DNA of 64,000 bases from positions 64,001 through 128,000 of the IMG/VR virus record IMGVR_UViG_3300042549_004104; one strand, given 5' to 3'. Of the stretch, positions 1 through 10,657 are shown in pieces. The notes beneath the pieces were generated by a model that was given only the letters and a program-made list of their open reading frames with translations, ran no database searches and was not told where the DNA came from. The position numbers and the translations under genes are program-made. Within the stretch, counting starts at the first letter, position 1. Each line of letters begins with the position of its first letter. The stretch is from a virus (Duplodnaviria > Heunggongvirae > Uroviricota > Caudoviricetes).

Positions 1-779
1 GTAACTGTTCCACCTACAGTTAACGTTGTTCCGCTAATACTTGAAGCCGAGCTACCGCCTGTATTTGTAGCAAATGTACCTGTAATAGTAGTAGCTGAAA
101 CTGTTTGACTTACACTAACAGTATACGTACCTACGCCGCCTGTAGCACTACTAAATGCAGTGATAGTAGTATTAGCACTAACGCCTGTTCCAGTGATTAC
201 CATACCTATCTCAAAAACACCTGTTATCACACCAACGTTAACAGTCAATGTTGTTCCGGTTATGGTAGCAGTTGTATTAGTTGCTATTCGTGGAGTACTG
301 TATGCTAATCTAAAATAATGTGTTACGTCACTGTAATCATTATGAATTTTACTATAAGTATCAATCATTGTAGTGCCAGTAATAGCAGTAGATGATACTG
401 CTTGACTTACGCTTACTACATATGTACCTGCACCGCCAGTACCAGTACCAAGTGCTACGATAGTAGTACCAACAGCTACACCAGTACCTGTTACTTTCAT
501 ACCTACAGCAAACGTACCAGTAACTGATCCAGCCACTGTTAACACAGTTGCGGCAATGCTTGAAGTTGATCCACTTGCAGTAGCGTTTGTTCCTACTTTA
601 GCATATTTAGCTGAAGGATAAGTACCGTACTTGATACTAGTAGCTGTGTCACATCCTGCACTTAAATTTGTTGGAACACCACTACCGTTGAAAGTAGCAG
701 TACCCTGAATTATTTTATCAATATCTGCTTGCATATTTTCTACTGTACACGTGCTATTCATTCTATATCTTACTAACAT
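1..779 (-). CDS. Partial structural/fibre protein with tandem Gly/Thr-rich beta modules (3' end outside window)
   Basis: Not in the ORF track. Hand translation from ATG at 779 (TAATG overlap with the upstream stop) gives [24 protein letters not shown]..., open to base 1. It has about 3 copies of [19 protein letters not shown]...TTI.A.GTGTGG.GTY.VSVSQ.VS.T.ITG. Confidence 0.8.
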   Translation of the reverse strand, partial: MLVRYRMNSTCTVENMQADIDKIIQGTATFNGSGVPTNLSAGCDTATSIKYGTYPSAKYAKVGTNATASGSTSSIAATVLTVAGSVTGTFAVGMKVTGTGVAVGTTIVALGTGTGGAGTYVVSVSQAVSSTAITGTTMIDTYSKIHNDYSDVTHYFRLAYSTPRIATNTTATITGTTLTVNVGVITGVFEIGMVITGTGVSANTTITAFSSATGGVGTYTVSVSQTVSATTITGTFATNTGGSSASSISGTTLTVGGTV

Positions 780-1084
780 TAATTATCTCCTTGTGGTTCA
801 GCTTCTGGATCAGCTTCTACTTCTAGCAAGGGTTCTTGATAACCAAGATCAGCTAGTCGAATAAATTGTTCAGACGTTACATCTTCAAAACTATGTAGAA
901 TATATGCTCCGTTGTTGGGTAACTGTATAACAGAAGTTGCTGAATTTAGTTGTTTAGCTTTGGCAACAAATTCATTTGTAATGTATTCTTGAGGAGACTC
1001 TCCTTCAGGAATAGTGTCTATGAATTGATATACATAACCAGAATATTGTGAAAATATTTGTTTATAGTGATTGGTTTGTGACAT
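779..1084 (-). CDS. Hypothetical protein (101 aa, acidic C-terminus)
   Basis: ORF track; in operon context with a late promoter box directly upstream; no recognisable motif. Confidence 0.7.
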   Translation of the reverse strand: MSQTNHYKQIFSQYSGYVYQFIDTIPEGESPQEYITNEFVAKAKQLNSATSVIQLPNNGAYILHSFEDVTSEQFIRLADLGYQEPLLEVEADPEAEPQGDN

Positions 1085-1089
1085 TATGA

Positions 1090-1097
1090 TATTTATC
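1090..1097 (-). promoter_or_regulatory. T4-type late promoter box GATAAATA (predicted leaderless transcript)
   Basis: Matches the TATAAATA-like gp55 consensus; only 5 nt separate it from the ATG at 1084. Confidence 0.6.
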
Positions 1098-1119
1098 TCT
1101 TTCTTTGTTTTGGGTATAG

Positions 1120-2781
1120 TTATACTAACGTTACTACATACTCTAAGTCTACTCTTAAATCGCTTGCACCCGCTCCCGCAGTAACATTTATAGTTAAGTA
1201 ATCGTTTGTAGTCAAACTAATACTTGCCGCAGTTGTTGTCATTTTATTTGTGTTAGAACTTATATTGTATGTTCCAACAACTGAGCCGTTTTTCAATAAC
1301 TGAAAAGTAAATGTACTAGAAGATGTAGTGCTCAAACTAGCATATACATTGCTGATAGTCAAACTACTAGGAGGATATAATCGTGCTGTACCGGTTGTTG
1401 GTACAGTAATAGTACCGCTTTGAGTCATAGAAATGTATTTTTTAACAGTATTAGTTTTTGTTTTCCAAGCAGTACCGTCCCAAATATACAATGCTTCTGT
1501 ATCTTCTGCGAATGAAATATCACCTGTTCTGTTGTTTACTAAAGGTAGATATGAAGCATCTTCTACAATTGCAATAGTAGGAACAACAACAACGTCATTA
1601 CCAGCTACTAGAGTAGCAGTACCTGCTACTTCACGAATCTTATTCTTAAAGCTAGGTGTATTTTCAACATATGTTGCTAAGTCTTGGGGTACAAATTTAT
1701 CAACACTTGCATCATACACAACGCACATTTGATTAACTAAACTTGGAATAGGACGAATCTCAATTGGTGTTTTATGTCCTTCGTTAGTGTGTTGAAAATA
1801 TATAACATAGTTTCCATTGATATTTGTCTCAACAGCTAAATCTTTAATAGTTATTGTTCCGCGCATTGATGAATGGAAACCGCATTGGTAATACAACGTA
1901 TCAGGGGCACCATTTGGTACTGTGAATACTAATGTAGTTTGTCCAGCACTACCGTTGTTTCTACTTCCTGTAACACCAGTTGTATATTCACCGACATATG
2001 AATTTGCAACGAATCCAGTACCGTTGTCAGTAGTAAGATAGAATGGATGACCTTCTATAGAAGAATGTAAATTGAATGTGTATGTGCTACCTCGATACAT
2101 AGGTCCTAAGTTTTTATTGTCTCCGTTTGCGGCGCTTTGATGATGGTGTATATTAGCAGCCATATTTTCACCAAACGTATATGCTCCTGCATTAGCAAAA
2201 CTAACAGCATAATTAGCTGAAGGTGTATTTAATGTTGGTATTGTTAAATTAGCGGGTACTGTAACAGTAGTGCGCTTAACAACAGTACTTACTCCACCAT
2301 TTATGTCAGGATGTGTTACACTAACATTACCATTATCTACAGCCCAATCTACTAAATTTTGAGTTCCTGCTCCATCGATCCACTTAAATTTTCCACTGTG
2401 CGTTTGAGTCATGTTACCATATATAGTCGCACCAGCAAAATTATGTACTGTGTAAACACCTTGCTTATACATTGGTACACTTATTTGTGGGCTGTTAGTG
2501 ATTGACGTTCTTGCATAAGGTAATGTACTGGTTTCCCAAGTCCAGAACCAAGTAATATCATCGCCTGCATCAGGTGCCGCTACTTGTATAGTCAATACTT
2601 CAGGTGCGATTGTTAGGTTGAAGGGGAAAATCTTATCTGAAGAAAAAACCGTATTACCTAAATATACATTTGCGTTAGCGTCAAGATATAAGTCTTTATA
2701 TGAATTAGTAGCACTACCTAATGTAGTATTTGCTACCGGTGTTAATATTGCCGCATTTTTTAGTTGATAATAATTTGACAC
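1120..2781 (-). CDS. Virion structural/fibre-associated protein with cupredoxin-like domain
   Basis: GTG start. Contains MYRGSTYTF..GHPFYL...TLVFTVPNGAPDTLYYQCGFHSSMRGTITI (His...Cys-x2-His-x2-Met) and a C-terminal beta-sandwich typical of phage fibre ends. Confidence 0.7.
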   Translation of the reverse strand: MSNYYQLKNAAILTPVANTTLGSATNSYKDLYLDANANVYLGNTVFSSDKIFPFNLTIAPEVLTIQVAAPDAGDDITWFWTWETSTLPYARTSITNSPQISVPMYKQGVYTVHNFAGATIYGNMTQTHSGKFKWIDGAGTQNLVDWAVDNGNVSVTHPDINGGVSTVVKRTTVTVPANLTIPTLNTPSANYAVSFANAGAYTFGENMAANIHHHQSAANGDNKNLGPMYRGSTYTFNLHSSIEGHPFYLTTDNGTGFVANSYVGEYTTGVTGSRNNGSAGQTTLVFTVPNGAPDTLYYQCGFHSSMRGTITIKDLAVETNINGNYVIYFQHTNEGHKTPIEIRPIPSLVNQMCVVYDASVDKFVPQDLATYVENTPSFKNKIREVAGTATLVAGNDVVVVPTIAIVEDASYLPLVNNRTGDISFAEDTEALYIWDGTAWKTKTNTVKKYISMTQSGTITVPTTGTARLYPPSSLTISNVYASLSTTSSSTFTFQLLKNGSVVGTYNISSNTNKMTTTAASISLTTNDYLTINVTAGAGASDLRVDLEYVVTLV

Positions 2782-2800
2782 AATTTTGTTTCCTTATCTA

Positions 2801-5554
2801 TTATACATTTGTTAATATCCAACCTTGTGTGCTGTTATAGTATACCAGTGTAAATGCGGCTCTGTCAGTAGTTACTGTCATATTGCTATTAGCACCTTGA
2901 ATTTTACTACCATTTTTATCAACAGTAATTGCATGTGTACTTGCATTACCTGTACCATCAATAATCATGACTTCATCACCTAATGTACCTGAAGCAGGTA
3001 ACGTGATTGTTAAGTTAGATGAACTAGTGTCAACAATATATCTATAACCAGCTACTGCTGTTGTATTTGCACTTATTGCTGAATATGTCCAACTTGCTCC
3101 GGCACTAGTGCTAGTAGCTACAGCTACTGCTAACTCTCGTATTTGTATTGCTACACTACTTGCCGGTGCAGTTATAAATGTTAATGTTGAATCACTGATT
3201 GTATAATCAGTTGTTGGTGTTTGAAGAACACCGTCTAATGTTACTAAGACACTACTTACAGTAGACCCAGATGTTACCGTATAGTTAACTGTACTATTAT
3301 CGCCGGTAGCTACCCTAGTTGTAAAACTACCACTACCTATAGGTAATCCATCAATTGTAGTAACTTCAATGTTTGATCCATTTGCAGGAGAACTACCAAA
3401 GGTAAGATTTGCTCCACTTAGTGAATAACTGCCTCGGCTAACAAATGCACCGTTGTAATTAACAAATACACTATTAATACTACTAGGAGGAACACTTAAA
3501 GTAAAGGTGTCTTGTACCCCATTACCGGTGAAGTTGTCCACTGCTATAGTAGTTGATACATTTCCACCTGATTGTGCTTCCCAACTTAAATTACCTGTAC
3601 CATCAGTTGTTAGCACATAATCTGCTGATCCTCCCGGGATATGAAAATTACCAACATTACCTATTGTTACGTTACTTGTATTACTAAAATTAATTATTCC
3701 GGTACTAGTGAGTCCAGTCAATGTACCCACACTTGTAATATTTGGTTGTGCGTTAGTAGAAACAGTATTAGCTACACCTGAATATTCTGAGTATGCCCCA
3801 TCAACAATAAACTGTCCACCAATTGGGTTAGTCAGTACCATTGAGTTTCCGGTAATACTAATATTACCGCCACCTAATTGAATTGTATTTCCACTTAAAT
3901 ACAAGTCTCTAAATCTATAATCACTGTTACCTAAATCATATGTAACATTTGATGTTGGTATTATATTACCTGCAATACTCAAACCTGTTAATGTTCCTAG
4001 GCTTGTGATATTAGGTTGTGCTGCCGTTGTAACAGTATTTGCATTAGTTGCAGTTGGTACATAACCAGTTACATTAGCACCTGTGACATTTGTTAATGTA
4101 GCTCCGTTACCTATAAAATAATTAGCAGATACATTACTTGTATATGTTGGTAGATATGCGGCTACGTTTGTATTACTATATGTTCCGCTAATGCCGGTCA
4201 ACTGACTACCATTACCAATAAAGTAATTAGCAGTAACTAGATTACCTAAATTAGCATTACCAGAACTGATGTTGCCGGTGACTGCTAGACTAGTTAATGT
4301 ACCTACACTAGTGATATTTGGTTGTGCGTTTGTTGTTACTGTACCTGCTGTATTTGCATTTGTTGCGTTTGGTACATAACCGGTTACGTTAGCGCCGGCA
4401 ACACTTGTTAATGTTGAACCGTTACCAATAAAATATCCAGCACGAATATTACCAAAACTATTAAACGTGACAACTTCATTACTGATATTTACGTTACTAC
4501 CAAAACCAAATTCACTATTTGAGTTATCCCATCCCATGAACGCATCGACAGTTTCGGTAGTATAGTAATGTAATAAAGTGCCTCTGTCTTTGCCGTCATT
4601 ACTTGATAGTGGCGCTCCATTTGCGCCACCGCCCATTTCAATAATAGGATCTTTTACATATAAATTTGTTACATTTGTATATTCTGTATTTCCACTAACA
4701 GTTAAATTTCCTGTTACAGTCGCATCACCTGATACAACTAATCCTGTTAATGAACCAAGTGAAGTAATATTAGGTTGTGCATTAGTTGTGACTGTGCCGG
4801 CAGTTGTCGCACTTGTTGCTGTGTTTGCTAAGTTTGCATTAGGTACATAACCAGTGACATTAGCTCCGGTAACACTAGTTAGTGTTGCACCATTACCAAT
4901 AAAATAATTAGCAGAAACATTACCCGTGTATGTCGGTAAGTATGCGGCTACATTTGTATTACTATAACTTGCAGGTAATCCGGTTAATTGACTACCGTTA
5001 CCTATAAAATATGTTGCAGTGACATTACCTGCACCACTAGTTCCTACTGTTAAATTGCCGTAAATACCTGCATCGCCAGCTACGTTACCATACCTAGTAG
5101 TAATAGTGATAGTGCCTGTACTATCTTGTATATTTGCTGTTTTAATACCAGTGCCGGTTGCAGTTATTAATCCGGAAACAGTTAAACTACTTAATGTGCC
5201 TACACTTGTAATGTTGGGCTGAGCGGCTGTTGTTACGGTATCAGCAATAGTTGCTGAGTTAGCAATATTTGCATTTGGTACATAACCAGTAACATTACTA
5301 CCAGTTAAACTTGTTAATGTAGAGCCATTGCCAATAAAATAGTTTGCAGAGACATTACCTGTATAAGTTGGAAGATATGATTGTACATTAGCGTTTGAAT
5401 AGGTGCCGCCCAAACTCCAAGCTGTGCCATTTGCGTATAATAAATTATTTGTTTTTACGTTACCTGCACTTACATTAGCAGAGGCATCTATACTATTAAC
5501 AGTGTAATTACCTGTTACGTCAATTCCTGATGCTTTTACAAACGTTAGTGCCAT
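2801..5554 (-). CDS. Fibre-like structural protein (AQPNITS repeats; C-terminal T4 gp9/gp10-like domain)
   Basis: Repeats AQPNITSVGTLTSL and ANYFIGNGS; two FTGNG..DTFTL beta modules; C-terminus YIVDTSSSNLTITLPASGTLGDEVMIIDG...VYYNSTQGW. Confidence 0.7.
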   Translation of the reverse strand: MALTFVKASGIDVTGNYTVNSIDASANVSAGNVKTNNLLYANGTAWSLGGTYSNANVQSYLPTYTGNVSANYFIGNGSTLTSLTGSNVTGYVPNANIANSATIADTVTTAAQPNITSVGTLSSLTVSGLITATGTGIKTANIQDSTGTITITTRYGNVAGDAGIYGNLTVGTSGAGNVTATYFIGNGSQLTGLPASYSNTNVAAYLPTYTGNVSANYFIGNGATLTSVTGANVTGYVPNANLANTATSATTAGTVTTNAQPNITSLGSLTGLVVSGDATVTGNLTVSGNTEYTNVTNLYVKDPIIEMGGGANGAPLSSNDGKDRGTLLHYYTTETVDAFMGWDNSNSEFGFGSNVNISNEVVTFNSFGNIRAGYFIGNGSTLTSVAGANVTGYVPNATNANTAGTVTTNAQPNITSVGTLTSLAVTGNISSGNANLGNLVTANYFIGNGSQLTGISGTYSNTNVAAYLPTYTSNVSANYFIGNGATLTNVTGANVTGYVPTATNANTVTTAAQPNITSLGTLTGLSIAGNIIPTSNVTYDLGNSDYRFRDLYLSGNTIQLGGGNISITGNSMVLTNPIGGQFIVDGAYSEYSGVANTVSTNAQPNITSVGTLTGLTSTGIINFSNTSNVTIGNVGNFHIPGGSADYVLTTDGTGNLSWEAQSGGNVSTTIAVDNFTGNGVQDTFTLSVPPSSINSVFVNYNGAFVSRGSYSLSGANLTFGSSPANGSNIEVTTIDGLPIGSGSFTTRVATGDNSTVNYTVTSGSTVSSVLVTLDGVLQTPTTDYTISDSTLTFITAPASSVAIQIRELAVAVATSTSAGASWTYSAISANTTAVAGYRYIVDTSSSNLTITLPASGTLGDEVMIIDGTGNASTHAITVDKNGSKIQGANSNMTVTTDRAAFTLVYYNSTQGWILTNV

Positions 5555-5571
5555 TTTATTATCCTATATTT

Positions 5572-5579
5572 TATTTAGC
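5572..5579 (-). promoter_or_regulatory. Late promoter box GCTAAATA
   Basis: Intergenic; followed by AGGA Shine-Dalgarno and the ATG at 5554. Confidence 0.5.
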
Positions 5580-5585
5580 ATATTA

Positions 5586-8500
5586 TTATTTACCAATAAA
5601 CGCACTTGTAGGTGCCGTGAAGTTACTTGTATAACGTGCGTATCCTTTTGTGATTCTTAGGTCGTCTATGTATCCGCTCATGAATTGTGTTAATGAGCCC
5701 GAATCCGAACCGATTATCAATGCGTTTGTTGGGTAATTTATTGAGTCAGTAAAGTTAACGCCATTTTGTGTACCATTAATATACATCTTAGTGACACCAC
5801 TACCTCTAACTAATGCAACGTGATACCACTGCCCTAGTGTCAGTGCATTACTAGTTATTCTTCCGGAACCACTATAATACTGTAGTGTACCGGAGGTCAG
5901 CCATAATATACCAGTATTAAAATCAATTATTCTACCTCCAGTACTGTTAAAATATACCCATGCTTCCCAAGTAAAGTCACCAGTACCAAACGCAAACGCT
6001 ACACTGCTAGGTACCTTCAAATAATCTCCGGTGCCATCAAAATAGATACTACTGTTATTATACTTTTTAACACTAGTGCTTAATTGTGTGTTACCTACAG
6101 TTTCTAATACATTACTACCATGTAAATCAATTATACCACCGTTATTGAAGTTTAGTAACAAAGTTGTGTTTGGTATTGCTGTTACTGATGTTGTTGGTGG
6201 GATGAAATTACTGGTGTATAATGCAAAGCCTTTAGTTATACGAAGATCGGATAGATAACCGGTTAAGATGTTATCAGCAGTTGAGATAATTAACGTTCCA
6301 CCCGAAGCTATGTTTGTGCTATGTGTAAATGTTCCCGAAGCAACTCCATTAATATACCAAGCTGTACCGCTAGCGGAAGTTGATGTTCTTACTAAGGTGA
6401 TGTTAGTCCAACTGTTAAGAGGTATTGATGTTGAACAAGTACTACCAGCAATAGTTGTGTTATTATTGATTGTAAGTACACCTACTGCTGATAAATCCAT
6501 ACTAAAATCAGTTGAATCAGTCCCGCGTACAAACAACCTAGTCATTCCCGGTGCCGCTGTGCGATAAATCCAAAATTCAATAGTATAGGCATTTGTGCCA
6601 AAACCTACAGTTGATCCGGATACTGTTAAATAGTCACCAGTACCATCAAAGTATGCACTACCACCCTGTAAATTTGAAGTATAACTTGTTGTACTCTGTG
6701 CGGTGTATCCAAATGGGTTGAATATTCTTGGTACAACATTACCATTAGCTGTTAATGTAAATCTATTAGTTGAGTTATCAATCATTGTAGTTGATTGACA
6801 GGTCAACAATGATACTTGACTTGCAGTTGCACCTTGGCTTGTTGTTGTCAATGGTGTTGTACTTGGTGTAAATGCCGATGTGTATAGTGCAGTGCCCTTG
6901 ACCACTCGTAAATTAGAAATATATTGACTATTGGGGTTTAATATAATTGTTCCCGATGATGCATAGTTGGTTGCAATAGCACCGGATGCTGCCAATGCAC
7001 CATTCTTGAAAATATAACCAGTACCGCTACTTCTAGTAAATGCCCAGTGTTCCCATACTCCTGCAACAGGTAAAACACTAGATGATGTTAAATCACTTCC
7101 GACATTGTATCTAGCAATTTGTACGCCATTACTAACAAAGTATATGCTGAATTCCCCGTTACTATTTGAACGGAAAATGTTACCCGGCACGGTTGTACTC
7201 AATGTTGTGCCTATTAAATAACTCCAAAATTCTACGGTAAAATCACCGGTACCAAATGCTAAGGAAGATGATGTTATAGTGAGATAAGAACTAGTATCAA
7301 AGTAATTACTATAACTGATCGGTACTGCTTCAGGTATACTACCAAATGGTGAATAGGCTTGAACTGATACATCACCGTTTCTAGTTAATGTAAAATTGTT
7401 TATTGAATTGTCAATCAATCTGTTACTTTGACATGTTAATAAACTTGTGTTTGCAATTGCTGTTAGTGGAGTTGTACTTGGTGTAAATGTAGAAGTATAT
7501 AACGCAGTACCTTTAACTATTCTAAGGTTAGAAACGTAGCCTAGAATACTACTATTGAAGTGTTGTCCTATAATTAATCCAGAATCTGAAGAAGGAGTTC
7601 CTGAAACTGCTGTGGATGTAGTACCTACTCCATTCACGTATATTCTAATACCGTTACTATCTTTTACAAAAGCTATATGACTCCATTGATTTAAAGATAT
7701 CGTTTCAGTAGAGTCAACAGTAACGGAGCCTCCATTAAAATATTTAAACCTAACAGTTCCGTTTGTATTTGGACCAAAACTCCAATAATTAGTACTAGAT
7801 CCGGCTGCCATATTTCCAATTAAACACGGATTAGTATTTGTCAACCAGGTAGAAAGATTTGTTGGATATACCCATGCATCTATGGTAAAATCTGTCGTCC
7901 ACCATTGATTTTGTGTTGATGTTGTCGGTACAGACAAATAATCCCCAGTGCCATCAAAATAATTACTCCAACCAGTAACACTATAAGGACTAAATGATCC
8001 TTGACTTGTATTACCAAATCGTGTGATAATGTTATTGAAATTACTGTTATCTATAATAGCTTGATTAGTTGCGCCACCGTTATATTGTAGTGTTAATAAC
8101 TGTGTATTTGCTACTGCTGTTAGTGGACTTGTGGGTGGGGTGAACGCTGAGGTATATACTGCTGTACCTTTAACTATACGTAAATCTGAAATATATCCTA
8201 ACAAGGGCGCAATCGCATGAACAGTATCACCGATAACTAATCCAGCAGTTCTGTCTAAATTCACACTATACGATGCGGAGTATCCTTGTACCCCATTAAC
8301 AAACATTTTTAAAACCCCTGAAGTTCTTACTGCTGCCACATGACTCCATGAATTTAAGGTAACAGCCACAGATGAGGCGTAAGAGGTGCCGTCATATAAA
8401 TAAGGGAAATTACTAGCGTCTATACCTAAGAACCAAGGTGTTGCGGTTGCGCCACTTCTTGCATCTAATAAACCATCATTTTCAGCAGAGGTTTTATAAA

Positions 8501-10289
8501 CCCACATTTCAATTGTAAATTCCCCTGTACCAAAAGAAAGACCCGGAGTAAGAGATGATATAGTTAACGTATCCCCAGTACCATCAAAATATGTACTACC
8601 ATAAGTGCTGTAACTACTGTTTGTAGTGAATGGTGTTGCTGGACTGATTGATGTATCACCAGCTTTAGTAATTGTGAAATTGTTAGTTGAGTTATCAATT
8701 AACCTATTACTTTGACATGTTAATAAACTTGTATTTGCTATTGCAGTTAGTGGTGTTGTGCTTGGTGTGAATGTTGAGGTATAGACTGCGGTACCTTTAA
8801 CTACTCGTAGGTTAGAAATATATCCAGTTAATACATTAGCTGGCGCTTGAAAGTCATTACTTGCTATAAACCATGTACCACTAGTGGTTGAATAGTTGGT
8901 TGAATCTGTTGTTGTGGCTCTACTGACGCCATCAACATACATAGTGATTGCACTGGAACCATTTCTAACAATAGCACAATGATGCCATGTATTATCACAA
9001 ACTACCACAGAAGTTCCTATATCAGTAGATCCATATCTTAATGCGCCGGCTGTTGTGGTACCATTATATCCACCGGTTGTAATATGTAATGAAGTGATTG
9101 CCGCACGACCGGACAAAATAAATTTGTCATTATTCAATGGAGCATTGATCCAAAATTCTATAGTAAATGATCCTGTACCAAATGCAAAAGCACTGTTGTT
9201 TGGGAAAGTAAGGTAATCCCCGGTACCATCAAAATAATTACTGTAATATCCCGGTGTATATGGATTAAACAATACAGGTTTTGTATCACCTCGGATAGTC
9301 AATCCAAAACTATTTGTACTTGCATCACTAATAAACGGCATAACAGTTGTTTCTCCACTCAATAGTAAGGTAACGTATTTAAAATATAGATCATTTATTT
9401 CCACAATCCATGTAATTGTTCGTTGATTAGTACGATTTGTTGTTGCGGCTGTGGCTGTTAATAAAGTTGTAGTAGTGCCAGCTATAGTTGGGGTACCACT
9501 GATTGTCGCAGTACTTAACGTCAGTCCAGTAGGTAGACTATTTGCAGTATATGTAATGCTTTTTCCGGCTGCGCTGGTTGCACTTAATGTATTAGAGTAT
9601 GCGGTTCCATCTAAATTGATACTTGTATTGCTACTTGGATTACTCCATGTAACATTGTCGGTATTGATGGTTAGGGTAAACGTTCTAGTAACATCTTGTA
9701 ACTCAGCATCAGTTGCAGTTACACCAAATGTATATGTTGTACTTGCACTATCAACTGGTGCAGTACCTGTAATTACACCATTTGCGTATAATGTTGCTCC
9801 ACTAGGCAAACTTCCACTAGCTAAACTATATGTTATTGCGCTATCACTTGTTGCAATAACTTGAGTGCTTATTGAATTGGTTTCATATATATTACCAATA
9901 CTACCGGCTGCAGTTGTATATGTTGGGACGCTAGAATAAACAAGTCCGGGCACTAATATAGCGGCACCACCTGTACTGTTATAAACAATTAAACTATAAC
10001 TTCCACCGGCAAGTGCAGGGCTTGTAAAACTTATTTGTGTTGGATTAACTAATGTTACTGGACTTATTGTAGAACCACTTACTGTTGCGGCTACTCCACT
10101 GGCAAATCCAGTACCATTAACTAACACAGTTTGACCTCCGGCAGGGTCTAAAGCAGTATCATCAGTACCAGTTATACTCCAACCAGTTATAGTTGGTTGT
10201 GGATATAGATTTTGTACAAAGCTGGTTTGTAAATTAACAGTACCTTGATTATCGCCTGCTCTTTTACCACGAAAGCCACTGTTAAACAT
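5586..10289 (-). CDS. Adhesin/receptor-binding protein: IPT/TIG + putative Ig domains + six LamG (ConA-like) domains
   Basis: N-terminal PAGGQTVLVNGTGF (TIG) and YSLASGSLPSGATL..GVITGT (He_PIG-like). Six YFDGTGDYL/YFDTSSYL...FT(I/V)E.W...W.H.A.VR...GYISNLR..KG.A.YT units. Confidence 0.85.
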   Translation of the reverse strand: MFNSGFRGKRAGDNQGTVNLQTSFVQNLYPQPTITGWSITGTDDTALDPAGGQTVLVNGTGFASGVAATVSGSTISPVTLVNPTQISFTSPALAGGSYSLIVYNSTGGAAILVPGLVYSSVPTYTTAAGSIGNIYETNSISTQVIATSDSAITYSLASGSLPSGATLYANGVITGTAPVDSASTTYTFGVTATDAELQDVTRTFTLTINTDNVTWSNPSSNTSINLDGTAYSNTLSATSAAGKSITYTANSLPTGLTLSTATISGTPTIAGTTTTLLTATAATTNRTNQRTITWIVEINDLYFKYVTLLLSGETTVMPFISDASTNSFGLTIRGDTKPVLFNPYTPGYYSNYFDGTGDYLTFPNNSAFAFGTGSFTIEFWINAPLNNDKFILSGRAAITSLHITTGGYNGTTTAGALRYGSTDIGTSVVVCDNTWHHCAIVRNGSSAITMYVDGVSRATTTDSTNYSTTSGTWFIASNDFQAPANVLTGYISNLRVVKGTAVYTSTFTPSTTPLTAIANTSLLTCQSNRLIDNSTNNFTITKAGDTSISPATPFTTNSSYSTYGSTYFDGTGDTLTISSLTPGLSFGTGEFTIEMWVYKTSAENDGLLDARSGATATPWFLGIDASNFPYLYDGTSYASSVAVTLNSWSHVAAVRTSGVLKMFVNGVQGYSASYSVNLDRTAGLVIGDTVHAIAPLLGYISDLRIVKGTAVYTSAFTPPTSPLTAVANTQLLTLQYNGGATNQAIIDNSNFNNIITRFGNTSQGSFSPYSVTGWSNYFDGTGDYLSVPTTSTQNQWWTTDFTIDAWVYPTNLSTWLTNTNPCLIGNMAAGSSTNYWSFGPNTNGTVRFKYFNGGSVTVDSTETISLNQWSHIAFVKDSNGIRIYVNGVGTTSTAVSGTPSSDSGLIIGQHFNSSILGYVSNLRIVKGTALYTSTFTPSTTPLTAIANTSLLTCQSNRLIDNSINNFTLTRNGDVSVQAYSPFGSIPEAVPISYSNYFDTSSYLTITSSSLAFGTGDFTVEFWSYLIGTTLSTTVPGNIFRSNSNGEFSIYFVSNGVQIARYNVGSDLTSSSVLPVAGVWEHWAFTRSSGTGYIFKNGALAASGAIATNYASSGTIILNPNSQYISNLRVVKGTALYTSAFTPSTTPLTTTSQGATASQVSLLTCQSTTMIDNSTNRFTLTANGNVVPRIFNPFGYTAQSTTSYTSNLQGGSAYFDGTGDYLTVSGSTVGFGTNAYTIEFWIYRTAAPGMTRLFVRGTDSTDFSMDLSAVGVLTINNNTTIAGSTCSTSIPLNSWTNITLVRTSTSASGTAWYINGVASGTFTHSTNIASGGTLIISTADNILTGYLSDLRITKGFALYTSNFIPPTTSVTAIPNTTLLLNFNNGGIIDLHGSNVLETVGNTQLSTSVKKYNNSSIYFDGTGDYLKVPSSVAFAFGTGDFTWEAWVYFNSTGGRIIDFNTGILWLTSGTLQYYSGSGRITSNALTLGQWYHVALVRGSGVTKMYINGTQNGVNFTDSINYPTNALIIGSDSGSLTQFMSGYIDDLRITKGYARYTSNFTAPTSAFIGK

Positions 10290-10648
10290 TAGCTAATTTC
10301 CTCCCATGTAGCTATTGCTTCAAGTCTTGAATTAGCGTTTGCAGTCAATCTGATACTATCACCTTCTAATAAGTAAAGACTTAATGTTTTATCAATTGGT
10401 GTATATGCAGTATTGATTGAAATTGCAATATTGTTAATTAATCTATATGCGGTAGAACTACGATATAAATCCACTGTTACTGTTGCGCTATTGCTAGCAT
10501 CAACATTTGATATAGTTATTGCATTTACTTTGTAAATTTTTCCACTAGCGACACTGTTTGTTATTATTGCTGTTGCAGATGTTGTTACAGCTTGTACTGC
10601 TGTGTTTCCATATATGTTTGCTACTTGTACTATATTTGGGTTTGCCAT
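10289..10648 (-). CDS. Small virion structural protein (119 aa)
   Basis: ORF track; beta-rich with a LYLLEGDSIRLTA motif common in phage fibre-associated proteins; TAATG-coupled to the downstream gene. Confidence 0.7.
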   Translation of the reverse strand: MANPNIVQVANIYGNTAVQAVTTSATAIITNSVASGKIYKVNAITISNVDASNSATVTVDLYRSSTAYRLINNIAISINTAYTPIDKTLSLYLLEGDSIRLTANANSRLEAIATWEEIS

Positions 10649-10657
10649 AATTGTTCC

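Noticed and set aside
5586-10289. Diversity-generating retroelement target
   Set aside because: No reverse transcriptase and no non-coding template repeat with adenine-specific differences seen in this window.
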